Shown in pieces: positions 38,340-47,104 of a DNA stretch of 64,000 bases (position 1 is its first letter; every line of letters begins with the position of its first letter). The DNA is from a virus, in IMG/VR virus record IMGVR_UViG_3300002131_000176, positions 12,476 to 76,475 of that record, one strand, 5' to 3'. The translations under genes and the position numbers were made by a program. Below the pieces are notes generated by a model that had not been told where the DNA came from, did not search any database, and worked only from the letters and a program-made list of their open reading frames with translations.

Positions 38340-39314
38340 ATGAGTTATTTGGGCATACCTCCTTTCGGTAAAACAATTAGAACTATAACTGAAATTATAG
38401 CTGATTCAGCACAGTCAAGCTTTTCTATCACCGGTGGTTATGTTACTGGCTATGTTGATGTTTATCTTAATGGTGTTGCACTATCCTCATCCGATTTTAC
38501 TGCAACTGATAACACAAATGTGGTGCTTCAAGTACCAGCTGCGGCATCTGATGAATTTAAATCTATAGCATATTTTCCAGTATCACTCGTTGATATATAC
38601 AGAAAAAGTGAAGTACTTGGCCTGGCTGGAACTTCATTTCTTGCCTATGATTCAAATCTACAATCATTTGTAAACACATTTACGTTACCTGTTGCCGACG
38701 GCACCACAGGGCAAGTTCTTCAGACTAATAGCTCAGGCATATTATCCTTTGTAGATGTAGCCGCAGATGGCGTAGACTCTGCCGCTATTACTAATCTGAT
38801 TGATTCTGATTATGTGTTTAATAAATCATCGCTTCGATACGATGTATATGATAGCGTTGGTGCGTATTCATATACGCAGGCTGTTAGTATGCAGTTTTAC
38901 CCAGTAGCAACAGAAAATGGTGGTACGGTTAAAATCAATCCTAAGTTTAAATACTTAGATTCTGTTGGTACAGAGTTTGAAGCTGATGTTCACTTTACGT
39001 CTGATTTCATTGATTCGTACTATATTCAGGCAATGATTGCTGCATCAGCACCAGCACCTGTTACTGCTTTTGGTAGCGTTGATGTTTCTGGTGATATTAT
39101 ACCTACATTAAATGCAACGTATGATTTAGGAAGTACTTCATTACGTTGGAATAACATATACACTAGTGACTTAAATTTAAAGAACGCATTCGGTGATTGG
39201 ACCATTGTTGAGGGTGATGAAGATTTATTCTTATATAATAACAAAAAAAGTAAAACATATAAATTCGCATTAATAGAAGTTGACCCATCAACAGTACCGC
39301 CTAAAAGGGGTTAA
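38340..39314 (+). CDS. Fibre adaptor protein (MSYLG N-terminus)
   Basis: VDVYLNGV...DFTATD, TLPVADGTTGQVL.T, IIPTLNATYDLGS...RWNNIYTSDL...DWTIVEG.EDLFL. Confidence 0.75.
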   Translation: MSYLGIPPFGKTIRTITEIIADSAQSSFSITGGYVTGYVDVYLNGVALSSSDFTATDNTNVVLQVPAAASDEFKSIAYFPVSLVDIYRKSEVLGLAGTSFLAYDSNLQSFVNTFTLPVADGTTGQVLQTNSSGILSFVDVAADGVDSAAITNLIDSDYVFNKSSLRYDVYDSVGAYSYTQAVSMQFYPVATENGGTVKINPKFKYLDSVGTEFEADVHFTSDFIDSYYIQAMIAASAPAPVTAFGSVDVSGDIIPTLNATYDLGSTSLRWNNIYTSDLNLKNAFGDWTIVEGDEDLFLYNNKKSKTYKFALIEVDPSTVPPKRG

Positions 39315-39317
39315 GCA

Positions 39318-39977
39318 ATGCCAATAATTGGAACTGTTCAATTCAATGATGGTACTACCCAAAGTACGAAATTTGATAGTACTATGGATACCGGGATACC
39401 TATTAGTATAAATTATTATAATACCGCAGGTGCACATACATGGACTAAACCTACTGGATGTACTAATGTATTGGTAAAAATTATCGGTGGTGGTGGTGGT
39501 GCCGCAGGTTATTGTGAAAGTGGTGGCGGCGGTGGATATGCAGAGGAAAACATCGACGTATCAGCCGTAAGCACCGTTGCTGTAACCGTAGGCGGTGGTG
39601 GTGGTGCTGTGGGATATTATGCCGCAGCTGGTGATGGTGGTACCAGTAGTTTTGGATCTTATTGTAGCGCCACTGGCGGGTATGGTTCAAATAGAAACTA
39701 TAGTCATACTGGCGGTCATGGTGGCGTTGGTAGTAATGGCGGTATTAACCTATACGGTGGCGATGGTACTGGCCACGCAAACAGCGCAGGACATTACCCC
39801 GGCGGTACTGGTGGTGGCACTTATTTAGGTGGCGGTAGTACTGTGAATAGATCTACTACAACTACACAGATGGATATAGGATCACCTGGATGTGGTGGGC
39901 CTGGTGGCAGAACGAATGACGGCGGTGCCGGTAATGCAGGTCAACCAGGCGCAGTGATTGTTTATTCTTTTAAGTGA
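39318..39977 (+). CDS. Glycine-rich fibre tip protein, triplet copy 1
   Basis: FNDGTTQSTKFDST, HTWTKPTGC...GGGGG, VIVYSFK. Confidence 0.75.
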   Translation: MPIIGTVQFNDGTTQSTKFDSTMDTGIPISINYYNTAGAHTWTKPTGCTNVLVKIIGGGGGAAGYCESGGGGGYAEENIDVSAVSTVAVTVGGGGGAVGYYAAAGDGGTSSFGSYCSATGGYGSNRNYSHTGGHGGVGSNGGINLYGGDGTGHANSAGHYPGGTGGGTYLGGGSTVNRSTTTTQMDIGSPGCGGPGGRTNDGGAGNAGQPGAVIVYSFK

Positions 39978-39984
39978 GAAAATT

Positions 39985-40641
39985 ATGGCAATAAATGGAA
40001 CAGTTCAATTCACTGATGGTACAACCCAAGCTACAAAATTTGATTCAACCGATGATCAGGGAAAAATAATACAAATTAACTCTTATACCACAGCAGGTAC
40101 TCATACATGGACTAAGCCTAGTGGTTGCACAAAAGCTTTGGTGCAGGTTGTAGGAGCTGGGGGCGGTGGGGCCAGCTATAACGAATCCGGTGGTGCTGGT
40201 GGTTATTCAGAAAAACTAGTTGATGTATCAGCAGTAAGTACAGTAACAGTGACAATAGGTGGAGGTGGTGGTGCTGTAGGTTATTATGCCGCAGCTGGTG
40301 ATGGTGGTACCAGTAGTTTTGGATCTTATTGTAGCGCAACCGGTGGCTATGGTGCAAATAGAAATTCCAATCATACTGGTGGAGTTGGCGGCGCAGGCAC
40401 GGGTGGCGATATTAATGTACGCGGAGGCTCAGGCACTGGACATGGAAATACAGGTGGCCGAGAAGCGGTTGGCCGTGGTGGTAAAAGTTTTTTTGGTGGA
40501 GGCTCCGGCGCATCTCATTCAACTAATACGGGTAATCTTAATCCCGGCAGTCCGGGTGCTGGTGGTGTAGGTGGTGCAATGCAAAATTGGGCTGGTACCA
40601 ATGGATCCATTGGCGCAGTCATAGTTTATTCATATAAATAA
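39985..40641 (+). CDS. Glycine-rich fibre tip protein, triplet copy 2
   Basis: FTDGTTQATKFDST, HTWTKPSGC; ATG at 39985. Confidence 0.75.
   Translation: MAINGTVQFTDGTTQATKFDSTDDQGKIIQINSYTTAGTHTWTKPSGCTKALVQVVGAGGGGASYNESGGAGGYSEKLVDVSAVSTVTVTIGGGGGAVGYYAAAGDGGTSSFGSYCSATGGYGANRNSNHTGGVGGAGTGGDINVRGGSGTGHGNTGGREAVGRGGKSFFGGGSGASHSTNTGNLNPGSPGAGGVGGAMQNWAGTNGSIGAVIVYSYK
40633..40640 (+). promoter_or_regulatory. T4-type late promoter TATAAATA (overlaps end of copy 2)
   Basis: Exact match 8 nt before the ATG at 40649. Confidence 0.6.
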
Positions 40642-40648
40642 ATACAAG

Positions 40649-41311
40649 ATGTCATTAATTACTGGATCAATTACTTTTACTGATGGTACTACTCAAACTA
40701 CGAAGTTTGACAGTACAAACGATACTGGTAAAGTTAAGTCAATATCATCATATATCACAGCAGGTACTCATACATGGACTAAGCCTAGCGGATGCACCAG
40801 TGTATTAGTTAAAGTGGTTGGTGGCGGTGGCGGCGCAGCTGGTTATTGCGAAAGTGGTGGCGGTGGTGGTTACTCGGAAAAAATCATAGATGTATCAGCA
40901 GTAAGTACAGTAACAGTGACAGTAGGTGGTGGCGGCGGCGCAGTAGGTTATTATGCCGCAGCTGGTGATGGTAGTACCAGTAGTTTTGGTAGTTATTTAT
41001 CAGCTAGTGGTGGTTATGGCGCAAATAGAAATTATAGTCATACTGGTGGAGTTCCAGGTCTCGGATCATCAGGTAATGTAAATCTTTACGGGGCTATGGG
41101 CACTGGTCATGGAAACAGTATGGGGCATGGTGGATTAGGCCGTGGTGGTGATACATATTTGGGTGGTGGAAGAGGCCCTAATAGAGCCAACAACGGTGGT
41201 GTTGTCGGGCCAGGCGCGCCGGGATCAGGAGGTTCTGGTTGGCGCACAAATGAAAGTGGCACAGGTACTCCTGGAAATGCAGGAGCAGTTATTATTTTGG
41301 AGTTTTCTTAA
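40649..41311 (+). CDS. Glycine-rich fibre tip protein, triplet copy 3
   Basis: FTDGTTQTTKFDST, HTWTKPSGC. Confidence 0.75.
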   Translation: MSLITGSITFTDGTTQTTKFDSTNDTGKVKSISSYITAGTHTWTKPSGCTSVLVKVVGGGGGAAGYCESGGGGGYSEKIIDVSAVSTVTVTVGGGGGAVGYYAAAGDGSTSSFGSYLSASGGYGANRNYSHTGGVPGLGSSGNVNLYGAMGTGHGNSMGHGGLGRGGDTYLGGGRGPNRANNGGVVGPGAPGSGGSGWRTNESGTGTPGNAGAVIILEFS

Positions 41312-41313
41312 AC

Positions 41314-41709
41314 ATGAAAAAAGCATTATTGAATAGTTTAGAACCAGGCCGAGTGTGTGATGTTGTTGATCTGGGCAATGAGTTTGAAGCAGCAGCTTCG
41401 TTCCGATGGGTTGATTGCCCAGACGACACATTGACATCACATACATATAATGAATCCAGTGGAGAATTTATTGCATTTGATCCACTTACACAACCTGGAT
41501 TTGCTGACAATGCATACAAGCTTGCCAGAGCCGTAGCCTATACTGGTATTGGTGACCAATTGGACATGTTGTACAAGGAAATTTTAGCAAATGGGACCAT
41601 ATCTGCAACAGGTCCCTGGGCAAGTCATATTACAGCAGTAAAAGCACAGATACCAAAAGATGATCCAGCAGCAGTACTAACTTATATAAGAAATAATCCT
41701 CCAGCGTAA
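41314..41709 (+). CDS. Fibre chaperone-like protein
   Basis: ARAVAYTGIGDQLDMLY resembles RAQAYPSIADQLD of 36545..36832. Confidence 0.65.
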   Translation: MKKALLNSLEPGRVCDVVDLGNEFEAAASFRWVDCPDDTLTSHTYNESSGEFIAFDPLTQPGFADNAYKLARAVAYTGIGDQLDMLYKEILANGTISATGPWASHITAVKAQIPKDDPAAVLTYIRNNPPA

Positions 41710-41730
41710 ATTTACAGTGATAATTATTTT

Positions 41731-42960
41731 ATGAATACATTTCGAAGATTTTCAATAGCACATTATGACAAATTTCATGGTAATTACACACATACCTATT
41801 ATACAATTTTAAAAAACGCAGATCAGGCATTTAGAGATAATATCCATGATGTCTATTTTGGAAAATATTTTTATTATACTTACAACGGTGAGGATAAACG
41901 TTGCGGCAATCCAATGGGTGTTGAAGCCAGTGATGAACAAATAGAATATCTTTTTAAAATACAAAACGAATTAGGCATTGAAATTTCACTTACTGTGAAT
42001 ACAATGGAATTTCCACACGAAGTTGTATTTAATGATGAAATTAGGCAACAATTTGTGGAATGGATTGGTGGATTTTATGATCGTGGCTTGAGAAGCTGTA
42101 CCATATCATCAACACATATTATGCGTACAGGTGAACTGCAAAATAGATGTCCTGATATGAGATGGAAAAGCACTGTAAATCAAATCTGTGCAGATGCTCA
42201 GCAGTTTATTGATTTTGCATATTTGGGATATAATACAATATTATTGGATAGAAGTTTAAATAGAAATATTAAAGAACTTAGACGAATTAAACGAGCACAG
42301 GATTATTTAAATGAGAAAAATCCCAGAAAAAAGGTTTTAACCTCATTGCTTGTGGCCGAATCATGTGTCTATAGTTGTCCATTTAAACGCGAGCATGATT
42401 CAGTGGGTGAAGTTATTAGCACTGATTATTTTAAAGGCCCGGCCAATCTAACCTGCAACGGTTGGCGAGGTTCAGAGCAATTTATAAAATTGCCTAGGTC
42501 TGGAATAAACTTGGTTGCAAGTTCCAGTGATTCATATAACCAATGGCTTGATCTGGTCGATGTATTAAAAGTTTCTGGCCGATTGTCTACTCCAATGTTT
42601 GATCACTCGTCAATTGAACACATGAAGGCTGTATGGTTTTATAGTGGAAACCCAAAAACAAAACAGACAATAACTTTTAAGGGTGAAACAATTTATGCTG
42701 ATAACTTTCAAGATATATTAGATAATAATTTAGAACCAATACATGATTGGATTCCTGGTTGGATTGATACCAGACATACCAAAGATGACTTTAGGTCAAC
42801 TTATAAAAAGTATTCAGGTATTTGGTCTACCGATGGTGGTAAAAGATTAGAGAAATTGTTAACCAGCTGTAAAAATCAATGTTGGGATTGCCACGAATGT
42901 GAACGTACATTTGGTATGGAAGATATAGATTCTGCTTTGCAGCTACGCGTAAAAACATGA
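41731..42960 (+). CDS. Peptidase U32-like (probable Fe-S, TIM-barrel) protein
   Basis: KSTVN, LDRSLNRN, ESCVYSCPFKREH, TC, VLKVSGR, C-terminal CKNQCWDCHEC. Confidence 0.65.
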   Translation: MNTFRRFSIAHYDKFHGNYTHTYYTILKNADQAFRDNIHDVYFGKYFYYTYNGEDKRCGNPMGVEASDEQIEYLFKIQNELGIEISLTVNTMEFPHEVVFNDEIRQQFVEWIGGFYDRGLRSCTISSTHIMRTGELQNRCPDMRWKSTVNQICADAQQFIDFAYLGYNTILLDRSLNRNIKELRRIKRAQDYLNEKNPRKKVLTSLLVAESCVYSCPFKREHDSVGEVISTDYFKGPANLTCNGWRGSEQFIKLPRSGINLVASSSDSYNQWLDLVDVLKVSGRLSTPMFDHSSIEHMKAVWFYSGNPKTKQTITFKGETIYADNFQDILDNNLEPIHDWIPGWIDTRHTKDDFRSTYKKYSGIWSTDGGKRLEKLLTSCKNQCWDCHECERTFGMEDIDSALQLRVKT

Positions 42961-43538
42961 CACCTATAATCGTTGACAATTTATTGCCAGTTGGTTATGC
43001 AGATGATATAGAACGAGACCTAAAACAAACTGGGTTCAATTGGTATTATATCGAGGATGTAACTAACCCAAAGTATGGAAACAATTCTGGGTTTGTGCAT
43101 CCTGCATATGATTATGGTAAAAGCCCTAGTGAGTGGTTTCCTTATATTAAACCACTAGTGTATTCTATAGAACAATCTCTTGGTAGAAAAATAGAAGAAT
43201 TATATAGAATACGCGTTGGGTTGTTGTTGCCATCACTAGATGATAAACAGTACAATACCCCACATGTGGATTTTTTGTGGCCACACTGCACCGCTTGCTA
43301 CTACGTTTCAAACAGCGACGGTGACACAGTAGTATTTAATCAGCATCTATCAGATGCAGGTACTGACATAAATAACGAGTCGCTAAGGCTTTATGCAGAA
43401 GATACAAATTTTACAGTAAAAACTAGTGTAGCACCTGTGAAAAATAGGCTGGTGATATTTGATGGTTTTAATTTTCATGCTAGTACAAAACCAAAACAAC
43501 ATGACACAAGACTGGTAATAACAGTAAACTTTAAATGA
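42957..43538 (+). CDS. 2OG-Fe(II) oxygenase
   Basis: PHVD (HxD), YYVSNSDGDT, NRLVIFDG..FHAS, TRLVITVN. Confidence 0.85.
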   Translation: MTPIIVDNLLPVGYADDIERDLKQTGFNWYYIEDVTNPKYGNNSGFVHPAYDYGKSPSEWFPYIKPLVYSIEQSLGRKIEELYRIRVGLLLPSLDDKQYNTPHVDFLWPHCTACYYVSNSDGDTVVFNQHLSDAGTDINNESLRLYAEDTNFTVKTSVAPVKNRLVIFDGFNFHASTKPKQHDTRLVITVNFK

Positions 43539-45145
43539 GCAAACACATTAAAAAAATCCTAATCGTTGGTGGCGGAAGCTCAGGTTGGATGACTGCAGCA
43601 GCGCTAATCAAACAGGTGCCTGACATTGAAGTTAGTTTGATTGAATCACCGTCGACTCCTACAATCGGTGTAGGAGAAAGCACTATTGGGCAAATTAACA
43701 CCTTTTTTACCTACCTAGGTCTTAAAGATGAAGACTGGATGAGTTACTGCAACGCAACTTATAAGACTTCTATTAAGTTTATAAATTTTAGGGAAAACCC
43801 AACAGACACACCGCACGTGTTCCACTATCCGTTTGGTCGGTACAATACAGCGAATAAACCAAGGATGATAATGGAATGGTTTATCGCGAAAGCGAAAGAC
43901 CCATCATTAGACCCATACACTTTTGCTGAATTTTACCACGATTCAATCGCAATGATTGATAGCAACAAGTTAACAAAAAATGAAGATGGCAGCGTTAAGG
44001 GGTTTGATTTCTCTAATGATACTGCATACCATATGGATGCAACTCTCTTTGGCCAATACCTAAGAGACCGCATATGTAAACCAAATGGATTAACACATAT
44101 ATTAGACGATGTTGTTGATATTAGAAAAAACGACATGGGAGAAATAGATCACCTAACAACTAAAAACGGTGATACTCTTACTGCCGATCTCTTTATAGAT
44201 TGCACGGGGTTCAAGTCTTTGTTGTTAGAAGAAACAATGCAAGTGCCATTCGTGTCTTTTTCTGACACGTTGCTCAACGACCGAGCTATCGCAACAGTAA
44301 TTCCTTATGCAGATAAGGAACACGAAATGGAATCAGTTACTAGTTGTACTGCAATTGAGTCAGGTTGGGTTTGGAATATTCCATTGTGGAATAGAATAGG
44401 CACTGGATATGTTTACTCATCGCAATTTGCAACAGAGGAAGAAGCAGAAGAACAGTTTCGAAATCATTTAAAATCAGCTAACATGCGTTTACCGCATCAA
44501 ATTAAAAGAGCCGAAGAAGCTGAAGTTAGACATATAAAAATTAAACATGGTGTACACAAGCGCAGCTGGGAAAAGAACGTAGTTGGCATAGGATTATCAA
44601 TGGGGTTCATAGAGCCGCTTGAATCTACTGGCCTGATGTTGACACATGAAGGCATCATCAAACTAATACACACCTTAGGAGCTCGTAATGGCACTGTGAC
44701 GCAGTTTGATATTGATTGCTATAACTTTGCATTCTACGAGCAAATTGTGAATTTTAAAGATTTTATTTCACTGCACTATGCATTGAGCATGCGTGATGAC
44801 ACTCCTTATTGGAAAAAAGTGACGTCAATGACTTACTCAGTTGGTATGAATGAACGCATTGCAAATGCAGTTGGAAACACGTATGCATCTGTAGCTTCAA
44901 ATATACACAAAGAAAAGTCATTTGCATCAGAAGGTGGAGGCATTCTATACATTACTGCAGGTATGGGGCATAATTGCATTAACCAACCTCATGAAGAGTA
45001 TTTAAGACTACTGTACCAAGAGCCTGAAGAACTTACATCTAAGGTTTTTAAAGAGTGGCAAGAACACAGAAAGGTGCTTAAAAAACATGTGGATACATTA
45101 CCTAGCCATTATGAGTTCTTGCGTGACACCATATACAATAAATAA
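43535..45145 (+). CDS. prnA: Flavin-dependent (tryptophan-halogenase family) halogenase
   Basis: IVGGGSSGW, IGVGEST, CNATYKTSIKF (catalytic Lys position), FIDCTGF, WVWNIP (WxWxIP), FIEPLESTG. The symbol denotes family, not proven substrate. Confidence 0.9.
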   Translation: MSKHIKKILIVGGGSSGWMTAAALIKQVPDIEVSLIESPSTPTIGVGESTIGQINTFFTYLGLKDEDWMSYCNATYKTSIKFINFRENPTDTPHVFHYPFGRYNTANKPRMIMEWFIAKAKDPSLDPYTFAEFYHDSIAMIDSNKLTKNEDGSVKGFDFSNDTAYHMDATLFGQYLRDRICKPNGLTHILDDVVDIRKNDMGEIDHLTTKNGDTLTADLFIDCTGFKSLLLEETMQVPFVSFSDTLLNDRAIATVIPYADKEHEMESVTSCTAIESGWVWNIPLWNRIGTGYVYSSQFATEEEAEEQFRNHLKSANMRLPHQIKRAEEAEVRHIKIKHGVHKRSWEKNVVGIGLSMGFIEPLESTGLMLTHEGIIKLIHTLGARNGTVTQFDIDCYNFAFYEQIVNFKDFISLHYALSMRDDTPYWKKVTSMTYSVGMNERIANAVGNTYASVASNIHKEKSFASEGGGILYITAGMGHNCINQPHEEYLRLLYQEPEELTSKVFKEWQEHRKVLKKHVDTLPSHYEFLRDTIYNK

Positions 45146-45151
45146 AAATCG

Positions 45152-45159
45152 TATAAATA
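45152..45159 (+). promoter_or_regulatory. T4-type late promoter TATAAATA
   Basis: Exact match upstream of the small ORF at 45186. Confidence 0.75.
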
Positions 45160-45185
45160 GATAATAACCCTTTTGAGAAAAACCA

Positions 45186-45362
45186 ATGCCAGATAGAATT
45201 CCACTCGTAATAGCAAACGACAAATTTCAAGAAATGACGGCTAGCGATACGCTTAGGCTTACTAGTGTCAGGGTGACTAATGATCCTGACAATCAGCTTA
45301 TCATATATGATTCTGACGGAACCAGCCTAAGAGTGATTCAAGGTGTAAAAACAATTCCATAG
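45186..45362 (+). CDS. Unannotated 58-aa protein (MPDRIPLVIANDKFQEM...)
   Basis: Hand-translated; has its own late promoter; C-terminal LIIYDSDGTSLRVI resembles LIIYDDAGSVVKTI of 16004..16474. Confidence 0.65.
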   Translation: MPDRIPLVIANDKFQEMTASDTLRLTSVRVTNDPDNQLIIYDSDGTSLRVIQGVKTIP

Positions 45363-45378
45363 TTTGTTTTCTATTTAT

Positions 45379-45386
45379 TATAAATA
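45379..45386 (+). promoter_or_regulatory. T4-type late promoter TATAAATA
   Basis: Exact match upstream of gp13. Confidence 0.8.
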
Positions 45387-45446
45387 GCATTAAGATTCAT
45401 ATTTTAGCACTATTTAAATTAAAATAGGCAACAGGGACAAATTAGA

Positions 45447-46202
45447 ATGGCATCACCAAACAGTAGAGCTACACTCATTGATTATTGCAAACGCAAGCTT
45501 GGTGAGCCAGTGATTGAAGTTAACGTTGATGAAGATCAGGTAGATGATCGCATTGATGAGGCATTAGATTATTATAAAGAATATCACTCAGACGCAACGG
45601 TCAAGACTTACTTAAAGCATCTTGTGACAGCTGACGACGTGACAAATAAGTATATTACTTTATCGACTGATATTATTTACATCACGAAGTTGTTTCCAAT
45701 TACTTCAACGTTTGCGAATAGCCGTAACTTTTTTGATATCAAATATCAAATCATGTTAAATGATGTACACAATCTTGCAGGCTTTGTTGGCGACTTGGCA
45801 TACTACGAGCAAATGCAACAGTATATGTCATTGTTAGAGACTAAGCTGAATGGTACACCGCAAGTTCAATTCTCAAGAAGACAGAATCGACTTTATATCT
45901 TTGGTGATTTTTCTGACGAAGATATTAAAGAAGGCGATTACATTGTTGCTGAGGTTTATGAAACAATAAACCCAGAATCACACACTGCCATTTATAACGA
46001 TAAGTGGTTAAAGGCGTATTCAACAGCACTTATTAAACAACAATGGGGCCAAAACCTTATTAAGTTTGATGGTATGCAATTGCCAGGCGGTGTAACGTTA
46101 AACGGTAGACAAATCTATGACGATGCGTCTGCTGAGTTAGAAAAACTAAAAGAAGATATCCGGCTTGAGAACGAAATGCCGCCTGACTTCTTTGTAGGAT
46201 AA
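45447..46202 (+). CDS. gp13: Neck protein gp13
   Basis: YCKRKLGEPVIEVNV, WGQNLIKFDGMQLPGGVTLNG. Confidence 0.95.
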   Translation: MASPNSRATLIDYCKRKLGEPVIEVNVDEDQVDDRIDEALDYYKEYHSDATVKTYLKHLVTADDVTNKYITLSTDIIYITKLFPITSTFANSRNFFDIKYQIMLNDVHNLAGFVGDLAYYEQMQQYMSLLETKLNGTPQVQFSRRQNRLYIFGDFSDEDIKEGDYIVAEVYETINPESHTAIYNDKWLKAYSTALIKQQWGQNLIKFDGMQLPGGVTLNGRQIYDDASAELEKLKEDIRLENEMPPDFFVG

Positions 46203-46204
46203 TA

Positions 46205-47104
46205 ATGCGTAATCTATACTTTTCAGATCAAGTAAGATCGGAGCAGAATCTCTATGAAGGTATTATCATAGAGTCGCTTAAGATCTACGGACAAGATGTT
46301 TACTATCTGCCACGCACTTTGGTGAATGAGGACAGAATCTTTGGCGACGATGTCCCTTCACAATTCAATTCATCTTATAAGATTGAGATGTACATTGAAA
46401 ACATCGAAGGCTTTGACGGTGAAGGTGATTTGTTTAGTCGCTTTGGAGTCGAAATCCGGGATGAAGCAACCTTTGTTGTAGCGCGCAAGCGTTGGGCAGC
46501 AACTGTTGGCAAATACCAAAATGAGATATCAACTGAACGACCAAACGAAGGCGATTTAATTTATTTGCCTTTGACTAAAAAGTTGTTTCAAATTAACCAC
46601 GTTGAGCATGAGCAACCATTTTATCAGTTAGGTAATTTGCCTCTCTATAAAATGCGCTGTCAACTCTTTGAATACAACGATGAGAACCTTGACACTGGTG
46701 TTAATGATATTGATGCAATTGAACAGGCTAATGCTTACGAATATATACTTAAGTTAAATAGAGCAAGTAATGCACCAATTGCTATAGGCGATACTGCATT
46801 ACAGACTTTAGATTCAGCTGCCGGCATATTGATGGTTGGTGAAGTATCTCGTTGGTCAGACTCTGATCGTAATTTAGAACTTATACACGTCGGTGCTACT
46901 GATGGTAAATACCACGAGTTCGTTACGTCAAGGCCGATTAAGATACGAGGCGACTATAGAATAGATTCTGATTATAGCATTCTAAGTATTAGTGAAAATA
47001 ACCAAATTTCTAATAATGAACAGAATGATGACTTTAGTGATTTATCGGATTCTTTCTTAGATTTTACAGAAGATAATCCTTTTGGTGACGCGGAGAATAA
47101 TTAA
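46205..47104 (+). CDS. gp14: Neck protein gp14
   Basis: GQDVYYLPR, FEGEGDLFSRFG-like segment, RPNEGDLIY, HEQPFYQLG, DFTEDNPFG. Confidence 0.95.
   Translation: MRNLYFSDQVRSEQNLYEGIIIESLKIYGQDVYYLPRTLVNEDRIFGDDVPSQFNSSYKIEMYIENIEGFDGEGDLFSRFGVEIRDEATFVVARKRWAATVGKYQNEISTERPNEGDLIYLPLTKKLFQINHVEHEQPFYQLGNLPLYKMRCQLFEYNDENLDTGVNDIDAIEQANAYEYILKLNRASNAPIAIGDTALQTLDSAAGILMVGEVSRWSDSDRNLELIHVGATDGKYHEFVTSRPIKIRGDYRIDSDYSILSISENNQISNNEQNDDFSDLSDSFLDFTEDNPFGDAENN

Noticed and set aside
34192-41311. Diversity-generating retroelement (TR/VR pair) among the paralogous tip genes
   Set aside because: Differences between copies are mostly synonymous and not adenine-specific; no reverse transcriptase in the window.
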